DNA of 64,000 bases, taken from positions 1 to 64,000 of the forward strand of contig LVLI01000192.1 in NCBI GenBank assembly GCA_001687465.1, written 5' to 3'. Source of the DNA: Halocafeteria seosinensis (lineage: Eukaryota). Made by a program: the position numbers and the translations under genes. Shown here one piece after another: positions 1 to 13,701 of this stretch; within the stretch, counting starts at the first letter, position 1; each line of letters opens with the position of its first letter. Below the pieces are notes generated by a model. That model was not told the DNA's origin and did no database searches. It was given only the letters and a program-made list of their open reading frames with translations.

Positions 1-589
1 GTACATATAGAGTATAAAATACTGTACTGGATGATGCGTCGAGGAAAACAATATTTTCATCAGTTTGTATGTTATCGCCCTGAGTTTGAATGTCCACCTC
101 GGGTTGAGTGGCGATCTCGGTACGTTCACGGCTGTCCATTGTGTCCTTATCAGAGATAAAGGGCAAAAAAACCATACAGAAAGAAATTTTAACGATGATA
201 ATGCAATTTGATATGCTTGGGTGTCTTTTAATTTCCCTTTAATATGCATAATAATGGGTCCACATTCTCCCTTCACAAAACTGGCAAATTTTGAAATATC
301 GGGGGCACGGGCGCTTTTTCCAGTGGTGCGCCCCCGCAAAACATCGGGGGCAAAGTGCGGAAAAGGAAATATCCCAGCTCTGATTCTAGAACGATTTACG
401 ACGTAGAGGTGTTGTGTGTGCGTGGTTAGTAATACTCGCTCAAAAGAAGTAGGCTAGTGGCTCTAATTTGATGGTACCAGAGCAGTTGTATATTGCGTCC
501 TTGGGGCAGATAGGTAGACACCGCCACAAGTGACTAATTCGACGACAAGACTGGTCCATTCGTCCAGGTTTACGACAGTATCGTGACGA

Positions 590-1930
590 ATGATGAAGTG
601 TTATGACCGTCATCGCGGTGTATTAATTTTTATACTTTTATTCATCTTGGTATGGATTCCATGTGTGCTAGGTAGGTGAAAGAGTGATGGAAACACCTGC
701 GGCAACGGACGGAATACGACACGTGTGTGTTCGACGAACGCATTCGCAGGTGGGAAGGACTACTATAAGGTTCTAGGAGTCCCAAAAAATGCCGACGATC
801 GTAAAATTAAGCGAGCATATCGACAGTTAGCCTTGAAATGGCATCCTGACAAAAATCCGGATGATGTCGAAACAGCCAACCAGAAGTTCCAGGAGATATC
901 GGAGGCATACGATGTTCTTTCCGATCCAGAGAAACGCAAGATATACGACCAGTATGGAGAAGAGGGGTTGAAGGGTGGAGCACCCCCTGGAGATGATGAA
1001 GGGCCTCAAGGAGGAGCTGGATTTCCTGGAGGTGGGTTCCCAGGTGGTGCAGGTGGAGAGCAGTTTACATTCCGCTTCAAGGGATCTCCGGGTGGGGGTG
1101 GTTTCAATTTCAGAGACCCTTTTGAAATGTTTGAGCAGTTTTTTGCCGGTTCAGGGATGGGACCACGCGCAGCTTCCCGTGGCCGCCATCATTCAGGAGG
1201 ACCTGGCAGCGTTGACCTTTATGGCGATTCTCGCACCATTACCAAGCTTTCACGAAAGAATTTTGGCAAGACAGTTGGCAAGCGTTACAGAGGAGAACTG
1301 ACATGGCTAGTGGAATTTTATTCACCTGGCTGCCCCCACTGTCAGAAAGCCGCATCTACCGTAAAGACCTTGGCAGATAAGCTGGAGGGAATTGCACGAG
1401 TAGGGGTCGTCGATTGCAACAGTAACGAGGGATCACCGATTTGCTCTCATCATGGTATCCAAGGCGTACCATCGTTTAAAATTCTTTCTCCTCAAGGAAG
1501 TGAAGACTACAACGGTCCGCCAAGTCTGAAGAATCTTCGTGAGGCAATCGTAAAAACGATTCCGAATCATGTCAAGGTCATTGACGCGTCCACAGGTAAA
1601 CCTGAAAAGAAAATTGAAGAGATTGAGAAAAATTGCCGAGGAAGCAAACTTTGCGCCTTTTTGTTTTCTCTTAAGACTGAAGTATCGCCAATGTACAAGG
1701 CACTGGCAAGAGATCTTAAAGGGAAGAACACTGAATTCTACCAAATTAGTATAGGAAGAATAGCAAAAGACTCCCCTTTGGCCAAGTTTGCTTCAAAATT
1801 AAGGGAGTCATCGAGCGTTTTGGCAGCCTTGGGGAGAAAATCCTCTGGTAAGAAGCGTATTAGCGACGCCCACATGTATAGCGGAGATATGTCGTACAAA
1901 GCCATCAAGAGGTGGTTGGAGAAGCAATAA
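590..1930 (+). CDS. ER-type DnaJ (HPD) + thioredoxin-domain co-chaperone (ERdj3A/ERdj5-like), 2 exons
   Basis: Exon 1 590-671 encodes a hydrophobic signal peptide ([27 protein letters not shown]). GT-AG intron 672-749. Exon 2 has a J-domain (DYYKVLGV...WHPDKN), a G/F-rich linker and a thioredoxin fold ([11 protein letters not shown]). Confidence 0.88.
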
Positions 1931-2171
1931 TGATAACACAATGAAAACCAAAAAGATCCAAAGTAATACAGCGCACATCTTAGGTGTTGTAGTAAGAACT
2001 TCTTCCAGGAATAAAAAATGCGAACATGTGCCGCTTCTTATTACTTGGCGACGCGAAGCTCGTCAGCCTGCTACGACGGCAGGGACCTTCACAATATGGG
2101 TTTCACAAACTATATTTCTAGGGATTGTCCATCTATTATGGATTCCCAAGGGACGGTACGTTCAAGGCATA

Positions 2172-3523
2172 ATGCGATGGCTTTTGTCAGTTACTCGGGT
2201 GTGGACTTCGTCGAGGAACGCGTCGTCCGTAGGAGGTAATGTCCGACAGTTTGCTGCGGCGGCGGCGGCGTCGCAACAGAGTTGTGGGCTTGTTGGGTAA
2301 GTCTACAGCGTACCCGGGGGATAAGGGCGACATTTCACCCTATATACAATGATATGGAGCAGATTACCGAACGTGGGAAAGAGCACATTGTTCAACGCCC
2401 TCACACGAACGCAACTAGCGCAGGCCGGAAATTACCCATTCTGCACCATTGAGGTAAGTGGGCTGACACCTCTTCCATGAGGATTCTGGAATCGAAGATT
2501 GCATAAAATTTTCCCGCTGTTAACTTGCAGCCGAACACGGCAAAAGTTAATATCCCCGATGAAAGACTCTATAAACTTGCGGAACTTTCAAATTCGGAAG
2601 TGGTCACACCTGCGTCTCTGGAATTTGTCGATATTGCCGGACTGATTGCAGGAGCCAGTAGGGGAGAAGGACTTGGAAACAAATTTTTGAGCCATATACG
2701 GGAAGTTTCATGTATCGCTCAAGTTATACGGTGCTTTGATGATCCGAATGTTGTACATGTGACGGAAGGGGACATAGATCCTCTAAACGACATCAACGTT
2801 CTGGAGAGCGAGCTTATCCTCGCGGATCTTCAATCTGTAGAAAGACGACTAGATAAAGCGGCCATCAAAAAGGGTCCTAAAGGGATCAACCCAGATACGT
2901 TTAAAATGCAGCTTCGAATCCTCGAGAAGATTAAACCCGCCTTGGAAGATGGACTGCCGGCAAACACAGTAGAACTATCCGTACCGGAGGCGAAAATGCT
3001 GCCTGAATTACAACTGCTTAGCACAAAACCGATGATGTACATTTGTAATGTAGGAGAAGAAGCAAGCGAAGTCAGTAAAAAGTATGTGGAGAAAATCAGG
3101 AACGCTGCTCCGAAGGTTGTTCCTGTGATCCCTTTGTGTGCCTCCATAGAAGAGGAGGTCGCCAGTTTGGAGGACGACGAAAGCAGATACGCTTACCTGC
3201 AAGAATTCGGACTGAATGAGACTAGCTTGGACACACTCATACGAGAGAGCAGCTCTCTGCTCCAAAATCGTTACTTTTTCACTACAGGTCCCTCCGAGAC
3301 CCGAGCTTGGAGAGTGCAATCGGGGACCACAGCCCAAGAAGCTGCTGGATGTATCCACTCTGACATGGCCCGTGGCTTTATACGCGCGGAAACTACGGTA
3401 TTTGAAGATTTCGTGGCAGCAGGTGGAGAAGAAAAAGCAAAAGCATCTGGGAAGACTCGTTTGGAGGGAAAGGAGTACATAGTTCAGGATGGCGACGTCA
3501 TGATCTTCCGTTTCAATGTTTGA
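2172..3523 (+). CDS. ychF: Obg-like ATPase YchF/OLA1, probably organelle-targeted
   Basis: Spliced [48 protein letters not shown] and C-terminal TGS domain ([19 protein letters not shown]). The Arg/Ser-rich N-terminus resembles a mitochondrial presequence. Confidence 0.93.
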
Positions 3524-3598
3524 TATCCTTCTCCCTACGTGGAATCTTTTGGGGAATAGAAATGGCCGATGCAATCATAAGTTGCTGTGCCTCTTAGA

Positions 3599-5587
3599 CT
3601 ATCGCATTGTCGGGCTCAATGGTCCTTCGAGTTGTAGCTTTGGAATACCGGTTACTCCCGTCTTCGCACGGGAAGGTGTAGGAGGGAACAGCCTCCAAAA
3701 TCGTAAAGTCTCATCCCCTGCCCCTGTTACAGCGGTAGTACCATCGGGAGATAAAGCCAAGTGAAGCACTCTGTATAGCATTTTCGATATTATTGTTAAA
3801 GTAATTTAGAGAAGACACTACCAAAATGAAGCCAAGTTGCTTACCGTGCTGTATGGCCCTGCAGGGTAACCAGCCTTCGCAATGACGGATATGACCACAG
3901 CGCTACGTGGTATTTACTGAAACCGTGCGTTGATATAATCTCGTTGACGGTACTTGCCCAAGCAATATTACAGACTTGACTGCCGGTATTTACAGCGTTG
4001 AGCTGCTTCCCCGACATAACATTCCAAGTCTTGATGCATTTGTCTGCGGTCCCGCCTCCGGATGCAAGTATTCCGTGCTGATGGGGAGACCAAGCGACCG
4101 CTTTGACGGCAGCAGTATGTTCTCTCCAATCGTGCAGAGGCAAGGCTCGTCCGTTAGAATCGTTTAGAGCGCGTGGATCCCATACCTTTAGGGCATTGTC
4201 ATTTCCCCCTGAGGCCAGGAAACTGCCGTCGCACGACCACTTCAATCCACACACTTCTTGCGTATGGTTCGATATCTTCATCACTTCATAATCTTTACAG
4301 CGAACATCTGCTATTTTGATAGAACGGTCCCTGCTACCGCTGGCTAGAAGGTGCCCATGCCACGTCAATGCGCCGATCCTTAAGCGATGAGCATTCATAG
4401 AACGGATATGCTTCCTCTCAGAAGCATCCCATATTTGCATCTTCCCTAATGAGTCTGCAACCGAAATGTTACGGCCGGTGTCTGACCAGCACAAACTTGT
4501 AATTATATTGCGATTCTCAGCATCTTCATCACTCCCTAAGTCAAGAAGCTGAGTTACAGTGGAGCTATTAGCATCCCATAAATAAAGACAGCTTTGAAGC
4601 GCCACTGCTAAGACATCTTTCGCACTCCATGTAACGAGTGACAAGTAATAATCATCTTCCATTCCCGGTGCGTCCAATACTTTATACGCCGACTTCGGAA
4701 TTTTCCGGTACCTTCGCTTTTTAGAATTTATTATGCTGAGCCGGAATCACAGTCTTAACTAGGGAAAAAGGCATGCACTATTGACATAACGTACCTAAGA
4801 CTAGACGAAGACAACGGCGACAAGTTACCGCCGTCATCGGCATATTGTTCCATCGTTTTCCTTGGCGGTGTCCCAAACTGCAGCACTGATGGAGATCGCG
4901 GGGTCTCATGAGGCAATGGAGAGTTTTCTGAATGTCCTAAGAGCTCATCCCGTAGTAAAATCGAGTGCTTATCTGGTAAAGATAGGGTTTTTCGCACAAT
5001 GTCTATGGGGGAAACGACCGCGACGATAAGCACTTACAATGTGATTCATCTCCAGTCTTGGCACTCTCACGCATAACCCTGCTAGCACCAAATGAACAAT
5101 CAATGACACTGACCAACCAACGATCGCGTCTATGTTGCCATACCTTCTATTCGCATTCGTGGCTGAGTACCCTTCGTTCACCCTTTCATGGTCTCGTCGA
5201 GGAATGAAGCGGTCCTCCTCCAAATCTTGCGGGGCCGACCGATGACCTCTGTTACACAAGTTAAGCAAATACAGAGCACGATGCAGGATCTTGTTCCACC
5301 ACAGCATAACTGCATGCAGACTTACAACGGTGAGGGGGCGCTGGACCATCCTTCGGCGACGCCGTGCGTCCTTTCTGAGAAAGAACTGCCACTAGCTGCA
5401 GCTGCAGCACCACTAGAGGCCGACGCTGTAATGTCCGTAAAGCCTTCGCGCCCACCTCTAGGAGGTGTGAGAGGCCTGCAATCAGCGGACCAAGGAATGA
5501 GCTCGGAAATGGCACAAGGCGATCTTCAACCACGCCATCTTACGCATTCTGTCCAGGACTTCTAATGCGTGAGACGTAATCGTCCAT
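3599..5587 (-). CDS. FZR1: APC/C coactivator of the Cdc20/Cdh1 (Fizzy-related) WD40 family, multi-exon
   Basis: C-box [17 protein letters not shown]40 repeats ([19 protein letters not shown]), [11 protein letters not shown]...[10 protein letters not shown] and an MR tail (IR-tail variant). Inferred start [11 protein letters not shown] at 5587. Cdh1 versus Cdc20 is an inference. Confidence 0.88.
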
Positions 5588-6518
5588 TCTCTATAGTGCA
5601 GATGGATGCATAAGCTATTCTCCTACTCAAAGTGCAAGCAGATGGGTATCCATCTTCTTGCAGGGCGCTAATTCCCAGACCTAATCATTCAAAAGGTCAA
5701 CGCGCGCTTTTACCACGAACCGGAAAGTTGTATACGTAAATAGCAGACAAGGGTGAAATCTAAAGTTTGTATGTAGGTAGTTGGTGAGTAGTTTTATTAC
5801 TGCTCTAACAAAACAACTGTATCGATGAATGTATTGGAGCGCAGTCGCTAGAAAGAGCATAAGTGCGACCGGGCGATGTCGCTCAGCCTCCGGTGGGACA
5901 TACACAATAGTCACTGGGCTAGCTGTGGCATGTATGAAGCCATGAAACAGATGAAAATGGATTAACAACCCCATCATACACTGGCCTCTTGGAGAAAATG
6001 TCTCAAGGCATTCACACACGAAACTGCGAACTGCGCAGAGCCAGGTCCATTGATCCAATTACACCGTGTGTAATTTACACGCTTGGCAGCACTGGGGACG
6101 GGAGGGGAGGTGCGGTTAGATTCGGTATAATCAGCACTTACGCTGCAGCGCGTTTCATAGACATTGGTGACGATGGAATCGTGAAGTCTACACAGGTGTA
6201 CTGTGTAGGTGTCTTGTAGCCGCTCATGACCCAGCGGTTCAGCCGGAATTCCGGACCGGAACCCGGAGCCGGATGGCCCGGACAAACTCTCACGACACGT
6301 GTTGTTGTCGCAAGTCCCCTTTTGGTGCTACGCAGACCGAATTCGCGCGTGTTGATGCATTCTCCTGACCAAGGTGAATGGTGTAGTTTCGATAGTGACT
6401 GTAGTAGACAGTGAGCGTTGCGTATATACGTTCGTGGCGTTGTGGGGACTTTATATCAGCCTTGGTGTCGAGCTAAATTCTTCTTTCTTCGGCCCTTTGT
6501 CCTGCAAATACAAGGATA

Positions 6519-8152
6519 ATGAAGACCCTGTCGCTTTTATTGACTGCCTGTGTCGCTCTGTCTCTACAGCAGAGTGTCCAAGGCAGTGTCCTATTCAAAG
6601 AAACTTTCGATGAAGGTAGGTAAATGCCTCCAGATACGATAAGATTGCTCAGGGTTTGTGGAATAATCGAACAACTTGTGAGGGATGCGCTACAAGGGAA
6701 ATCCAAAGGGAACAAAAAAGGTCGGGGTCTGGATTTGGCCGCGAAGGACTGGACGTGTGATGCATCTTGCATTATGACGGCACATTCGTCATGATCTAAC
6801 ATCCTATGTCATCGTGTATATTTGCAGAAGGATCCAAGGATCGATGGACAGAAGGCAGTGAATGGAAACCGAAATCTGAGGTGAGTAGAGCCACAACCTT
6901 GGTGTCCCTCGTCCGCGTCCTACTGTATAATGCCATTTGACACGATTTACGTGCGCTCTTTTTGCTTAAATACAGATGGGAAAATGGAAATTCATCCGTG
7001 CGGATGATTTTCCTAAAGGTGATAAGACCTTAAAGACCACTGAAGATGCTCGTTTCTACTCAATCACAGCCCCATTGGATGCTGAAGTAACCAACGAGGT
7101 AAGTTTAAGTACACTGTCGATTCTCCATATAAAGATCGTCCGTTATTGTGGTACTGGTGTTGTCTCGATTCGCTCAGGGAAAAGACCTCGTCATTTCTTA
7201 CACTGTCAAATTCGATCAGCGAATTGACTGCGGAGGAGCGTATATAAAACTGATCCCACCTGGATTTGACCCGAAGAAGTTTGGTGGAGATACTGACTAC
7301 AGTATAATGTTTGGGCCAGATATTTGCGGTACCTCAACGAAGAAGACACATGCTATCTTCACCTACCGTGGTGAGAACCTGCTTACGAAGAAGAACATCA
7401 AGTGTGAGACTGACACCAAGGCTCATCGATACACGTTTATCGTAAGAGCGGACAACACCTATGAGGTAAAGATTGACGGAGAGAAAGTTGAGAGTGGCAG
7501 TCTTTATGACGACTGGGACTTCTTGCCACCAAAGGAGATCCCTGATCCTGAAGCCACCAAGCCTGCAGACTGGGACGATGAACCCAAGATTCCCGACCCT
7601 GAAGACAAGAAGCCCGAAGGATGGGATGATATCCCAGCTCAGATTCCCGATCCGGAAGCTACCAAGCCCGATGACTGGGATGATGAGGAAGACGGCGAAT
7701 GGGAACCCCCAATGATTGATAATCCAGATTACAAGGGTGAATGGGAGCCAAAAATGATCGACAATCCCAATTACAAGGGTGAATGGGAAGCACCCAAAAT
7801 TAGTAACCCTGACTACTTCGAAGACGACAAAGTGCACGCAGTCTGCAAGCCTTGCAGTCATGTAGGCTTTGAGTTATGGCAGGTCAAATCTGGATCTGCT
7901 TTCGATGACATTATCATTGCTGAGAGTGAAGACGACGTTGCCGATTTCGAAGAGCAGGCATTGAAGAAAATCAAGAAGATTAACGATACCATTAAGGAAC
8001 GTGAAGAAGAAGAAAGGAAAAAGGAAGAGGAGAGGCGCAAACAAGAAGAGGCTGAAGAGGAGGATGAAGATGATAAAGATGAAGATGAATACGACCTCGA
8101 TGATGAAGACCTAGACGAAGACGAAGATGAGGATCTTCATGACGAGTTGTAA
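6519..8152 (+). CDS. CALR: Calreticulin
   Basis: Signal peptide MKTLSLLLTACVALSLQQSVQG, then VLFKETFD, IDCGGAYIK, IMFGPDICG, P-domain repeats (IPDPEATKPADWD, GEWEPPMIDNPDY), an acidic tail and C-terminal HDEL. Three introns. Confidence 0.97.
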
Positions 8153-8407
8153 ACTGAGCCCTGTTGTAGCGACTGTCGTAGTTAAGATGCCACAGTAGTG
8201 AGCAATACACACTTAGCCTTGGTCTACTACAAAGTAAAAGTGTCAAAATCACAGTGAAACGATGCGCCTTGGTGGCTCTATTCGATGACCCTGTTAGCTC
8301 TCAAGTTTGATTCAATTTCTGCCGCCATCATACATTTAGTTGCTAGTGGTAACAATTATCCCGATTAAGTCGATGTACACTTGTACCCTAAAGCGTTCAA
8401 CCCACGT

Positions 8408-11400
8408 TCAGTTCCCTCTGCTGTGAGCCTGTTGGCCAAAATGAAACGGTCCTGCGCCCATGAGCTGTGATTGTGCGTATCGTGCATCATGCGCTTGGTT
8501 GTACCCCCAGTCCGCAGGTAGCCCGCCATGATGTTGGGCATTGGTGCCATAGGGAACGCCCCCCGGAACGTTTCCAGAGTAATTATACGGATTATGCATC
8601 GCCATTTGGGCTGAGGCTCCCATAGAATTTATTTGATACGGATCTCTGGGATTGTGAGACAGATGCATGTGACCGCCAGTCACCCACGACTGAACAATAT
8701 CAGGTGGACCTGTGAGATTGTGAACCGGGCCGAATTGTCCATTTTGGGCGGCCTGGTAAAATTGCGCTGAATGTGGATACATTTGCACTCGCTGAGGAGA
8801 TCCAAAAAGTTGAGGTTGTTGCTGATACATCGAACCATGTATGTGGTCCACACCCTGGTACGCGAGGCCACCGTATGTGGGATAATACATTTGCTGAGGT
8901 GGCGAGTTCACCGGAGCTGGAGCTCCAGTCATTGACGGAGTAGAGGAAGCCACAACAGATGAGATAGAAGGCTCGTTGGCACGCGGATTATTCTTGGCAA
9001 ACTTTGCGACGACTTCCTCTGCCTCCTTAGAATCGGATTCGTCGAAGCTTGATTCAGAAGCAATTACATGAACAGGATACGGTCGGCTTCCACTCTTAGC
9101 ATCGGTAACTTCCAAATCATCAGGGGGCAAACCACTCTCGAACTTGGACCACATCTGCATGTAACCTCTTTCCAAATTGCGGACCCAACGTGGCGTATCG
9201 AAAAGGGGGCAATGGTGGCGAGCCGTTTCAAGACGCCGCCGTAAGTTCTTCAAGGTACTTTGACCCTCCTCCGTTGCAAGTTTAACAGCCAATTCCTCAT
9301 AAGCTTTCAAAGAATCAGCAATCCATTCGGTTAGGCCTGTAGCATTCAACAAACTTGCCGCCACCCTTGACGCCAGCTTTTCACCGGGCAGAGTAATCAT
9401 GGGAACACCTCCCCATAAAATATCACAACCGGTAGTATGAGCATTACATACAGGAGTATCTAAAAATAAATCCACCAGCACCCCTCGCCTGAGGTGTTCA
9501 TCCTTAGCTGCGACATCCGTGAAGTGTATTCGATCCGGAGACACCCCAAATGCTTGAGCAGCCATTTTGATATTACTTTCTCCCGAGGCCGGAAACCTCA
9601 GCAGCCATAACACTGAATTCGGAACTCTTTTCAGAATATTCATCCATGTCCTGAAGGTACACGGGTCAATCTTGTAGACTTGATTAAAATTGGCGAACAC
9701 AAACGTATTTTGTGGAATACCATATTTCGAGCGACCGGGAATCTTCGAAGGGTCGAGCACATCTCTCGCCGACTGGCGGTGGTCATTGACGAAATACGAG
9801 TGCGGGAGGTACACGAGCTTCTCCGTATAGTATTTCCGTAACTTCGAAGGTACCACAGTCTTGTCCACAATGAAATAATCAATATAATCCGCTCCCATCG
9901 TACCACAGAAACCCATATAGCTCACCTGTATTGGCGCCGGACGAAGTGCAAATACTTCATTTCGTGCCCCTTTTGTGTAACCGTTGAGATTAATTAGAAT
10001 ATGAACATGGTCGGCTGCTATTCGGGTCGCCGCATCCGTATGGCTGAAGGATGAAATGTCTACAAAATGTCCCGGCTCCATCTCACTCATAACCCTCCTA
10101 CGCCAAGGGGACCCATCATCCGGAGATAGTGAGTAACAGAAAACTTCGAACATTGAAGAATTGTGCATTCCAAACACGGACTGCATCAGATGACACAACG
10201 GATGATTCCCAAAATCACTACTCACGTATCCAATGCGTAGGCGCTGGTTGGGCAGGCGCATTTGATCGGGGGAAGGAAAGGTGAACACTGGTTTATTCCT
10301 TCCGAGGCTAGCGACATTCAACTTTGCCCGTCTCGCATATGATTCGGCCAGTCGCTGCATTTGCCGCAGCGACATTGGATATACCAAACTGTGAAATGGT
10401 TGCACTGAAGGTAGCGGGGGAACCGCCACTGATTCCCCGTCAANTTCAACGCCTCCCTCAGGATTGATCCCACCTAGTGCGCGATCAATTTGCTCTTCTA
10501 GGAGCCTGCCCAATTTCTCAAAGTCCTGCCGACGCGAACGCCAATCGCACACGAGAACTAGGCTATGCACCAAGTTGCTGAATGCATCCGGAAAATCGGG
10601 TTTCAGCTCCAAAGCTTTCCTATAACAGACAACTGCCTCAGGAATACGTCCGCTGTCTTTGTACGCACTGGCAAGATTGCTGTAGGCATCAGCGAAGTGT
10701 GGTTTCAACCGGATCGCGGTTGAGTAGCACAAAATTGCATCGTTTAGCCGCCCGTAATCTTTGTATGCGTTCCCCAAATTGCTGTATGCATCCGCGAAGT
10801 TCGGATCAATTCTTAACGCCTCTTGATAATGGGTAATTGCAGCATCCAATTCGCCTTGTTCCTTGAGGATCGATGCGAGGTTACTATGCGCTGCTGCAAA
10901 CGTTGGAAGAAGCTGTATTGCCGTCCTGTAGCACTGGATACTCTCCCGGATCATCCCTTTATCCTTGAAACTATTTCCAAGGTTATTGTACGCATGCGGA
11001 TGATCCTGTTTCAACTCTAACGCCTTCCGGTAACACGAAATGCTTTCATCATACTGGCCAAGTTCCCTGTAAGCATTTCCGAGATTGTTGTATACATCAG
11101 GGAAGTTCGGTTCCAGCTCAAGAGCTTTCTTATAAGCGTCAATAGCGTTGTTCATGTCACCCTCGTCATAGTAACAGCTAGCTAGATTACCATAGGCAAT
11201 AGCGTAACGCGGGTGTACCTCGATGGCTTTGTTATAGGCATCTTTTGCCTCCTGTATTAATCCACATTCCTTGTAAGTGTTTCCCAAATTACTGTATGCA
11301 TCCATGAAGTTGGGATCCAGTCTAATTGCTTCCTTATAGTAACGAATCGCCGTCTCCATATCCTTCTTGTCTTTGTATATCCCAGCTAGATTACCCCATG

Positions 11401-12876
11401 CAATTGCAAAAGAGGGGTTTTTGTCAATAGCATCGACATAGCATTTCGCTGCCTTATCCAAAAACCCCTGCATCACCCCCAACACAAATGAAATGAGTAT
11501 ACATCCCTGCAACCTAAACAACTAGCAAACATACTTGAGACTTGTATAGGCTGCCGAGATTACTCAGTGCATCCACCAGATTCGGATTCAACATCAAAAC
11601 CATATGGTAGGTCTCCATCGCTTGTTGAGTTTGTCCGCGCTGCATATAAGCTGCAGCGAGATTATTGTATGCATCACAGAACTTTGGCTGAAGCTCTATT
11701 GCCTGCAGGTACCCAAACCTTGATATACAACAGGTAGCGAAAAAGCCTCTCATCAATCTCTTCATACCTTGCAGTAAAATTGAATTGCTCCTTTGAGATC
11801 ACCTAGCTCCTTTAGCCCGTTTCCTAGGTTTCCATACGCCTCTGTGAGAGGGGAACATGCTATTGTAGCGACCCGACATAAACAGAACTCAGAAGTCATG
11901 GCTCCGTACCAGCAAAATGTGGATTGATTTCTATGGCCTTCCGATTGTAAGCTATACACTCACGAAAATTTCCTAACTGGAAATGTGCTGCCCCGAGAAG
12001 GAGGAGATTGTCTGTTCGCCTCCAGTCCATTCGAAACACCTGCAATAGGATTAAGCGGGATAAGGTAATACCAGAGCGAATGCTAACTACAATGATACAT
12101 ACCTGCTCGCATAAATTGGCTGCCTCGGCAAACAGCCGATTGCTGTACTTCTCTCTTGCCTGAGCTAATAACTCTGTGAACACATTCACAACTACATATC
12201 CTTATACATGGAGCGGTTTGTACTGCCAACTGTACTTACCGTCTACCCTGGAGTCTACCGGTCGTTGTCCTGGAGGATAGTCCTCCTGACCAAGTGGTGA
12301 CGCTTCTCCTTTCGGCTTTCCATCCGAGGAGGAAGTGACAGTTCTATACACATTGCCAGGTTTCGACTCGCTGTAAAACGATTCGTTTACTTGAGCCAGA
12401 GGTGCGGTGTACTGGCCAGAACCATTGACGTTCTGCTTGAACTGCGTCCATGGATCCACCCAATTGGCATGCCATGTTCGCTCGGCTTTTCCTTTGGAAC
12501 TTTCATTCACCTCTGCAGAGTGTGTACGCTGAGTCGACGAAGCCATGCCTTGACCATGCGCCCCTGTGTGAGCTGCCGGAGCTCCTGTAGACCCTAATCC
12601 CGTAGTCGTTCCTTGTTCATCTCCTGAGGGCGAAGATACTTCAGAGGCTGTCGGAGTCGATGCAGACGGAAGCTGTCGACCTCCACGGGATGCTGAAGAA
12701 GCCCTGGGCTGGGGTATCTTGGTGGGTCGGTCAGCATTCGATACGGCGCTCCAGACGCTATGCTGAGACTGTGGAACTTGCGCCTCGAACTGATGGGGCG
12801 TTCGAGGCGCAAATGGAGGCGGCGCAGAGTGAGTTTGGCCCCTTTCCTCCGGCATATATCGCTCCATATCTTCCAT
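8408..12876 (-). CDS. OGT: O-GlcNAc transferase (OGT/SECRET AGENT type, TPR + GT41), multi-exon; start codon uncertain
   Basis: More than 10 TPRs (AYSNLGN...), then PSVQPFHSLVYP, RIGYVSSDFGNHP, NFNQVYKIDP and NAHTTGCDILWGGVP. One ambiguous base (n) at 10445. Confidence 0.93.
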
Positions 12877-13701
12877 TCCGGGTGTATTATCAAGGGTACA
12901 TATTTTGAGACTCGGTCTACCAGGGAAAAAGAGCTCTAGTAGCGTGTATAGCCTCTGAACAAGGAGCTTGTTCTGCGGTTCAGCCGCCCTGACGTTGTTG
13001 CCGTTGCCCTTATTCTCCTCCGCTATGCCCACTACAGAGCCGCTTTTACCCTAAAATGGTGCTATACTAACTTATCTAACACGCATATGCTCATGGAGCA
13101 CAATTCGACAGGTTGCGTTGAATAAAGTGGTGGTCGGAAAATCCCGAAGCCTCAGCTGAAAGCTTTGTTTGTCGTATCCGATGGGCTTTGACTCTTCTTA
13201 GGCTGTGGCGAACCGAGAATTCCCATAGAAGTGGCCATAGCAAATAAGCCGGAAATTTTTGCACAGTGATGCGCAACTAGGTCATTTCAATAGTTTGGAA
13301 TAAGCAATTGAGATGAAGTGAATGTTTGCACGTGGTGGTTGGCTGACTCGCTTGGAGCCCGAAGTTGTTTAATTGCTGTACGTCTTCGATTACCTGAGCA
13401 TTATCAACTTATGCTGTGCCTATATAATATTCCCCAATAGATCCGAATCGAATGCTATGTTTGTGGATTGACCAACAACAATTCGTTAGGTGCGAATTCT
13501 CCGGTCGCTGCTGACTCACACTGAAGTCACACCGAGCACAAGTGCAAGCCCGAGTCGCGTAGGAAGAGAAGCAATTCAGTGGGTTCAACAAGAATTGCTC
13601 GGACTGTGACTCCATGAGTTAATAAGTATAATGTTTCGCTGATTATTGTTTCATACTATACTGGGGCCAGGGTAAACGTGAACTCGACGAGTCATCTGAA
13701 G

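Noticed and set aside
5681..6414. Short ORFs between FZR1 and calreticulin
   Set aside because: A small spliced minus-strand gene starting near 6227 is possible, but no motif supports a call.
7530..7820. Tandem repeats in the DNA
   Set aside because: Explained by calreticulin P-domain repeats; not a CRISPR or mobile repeat.
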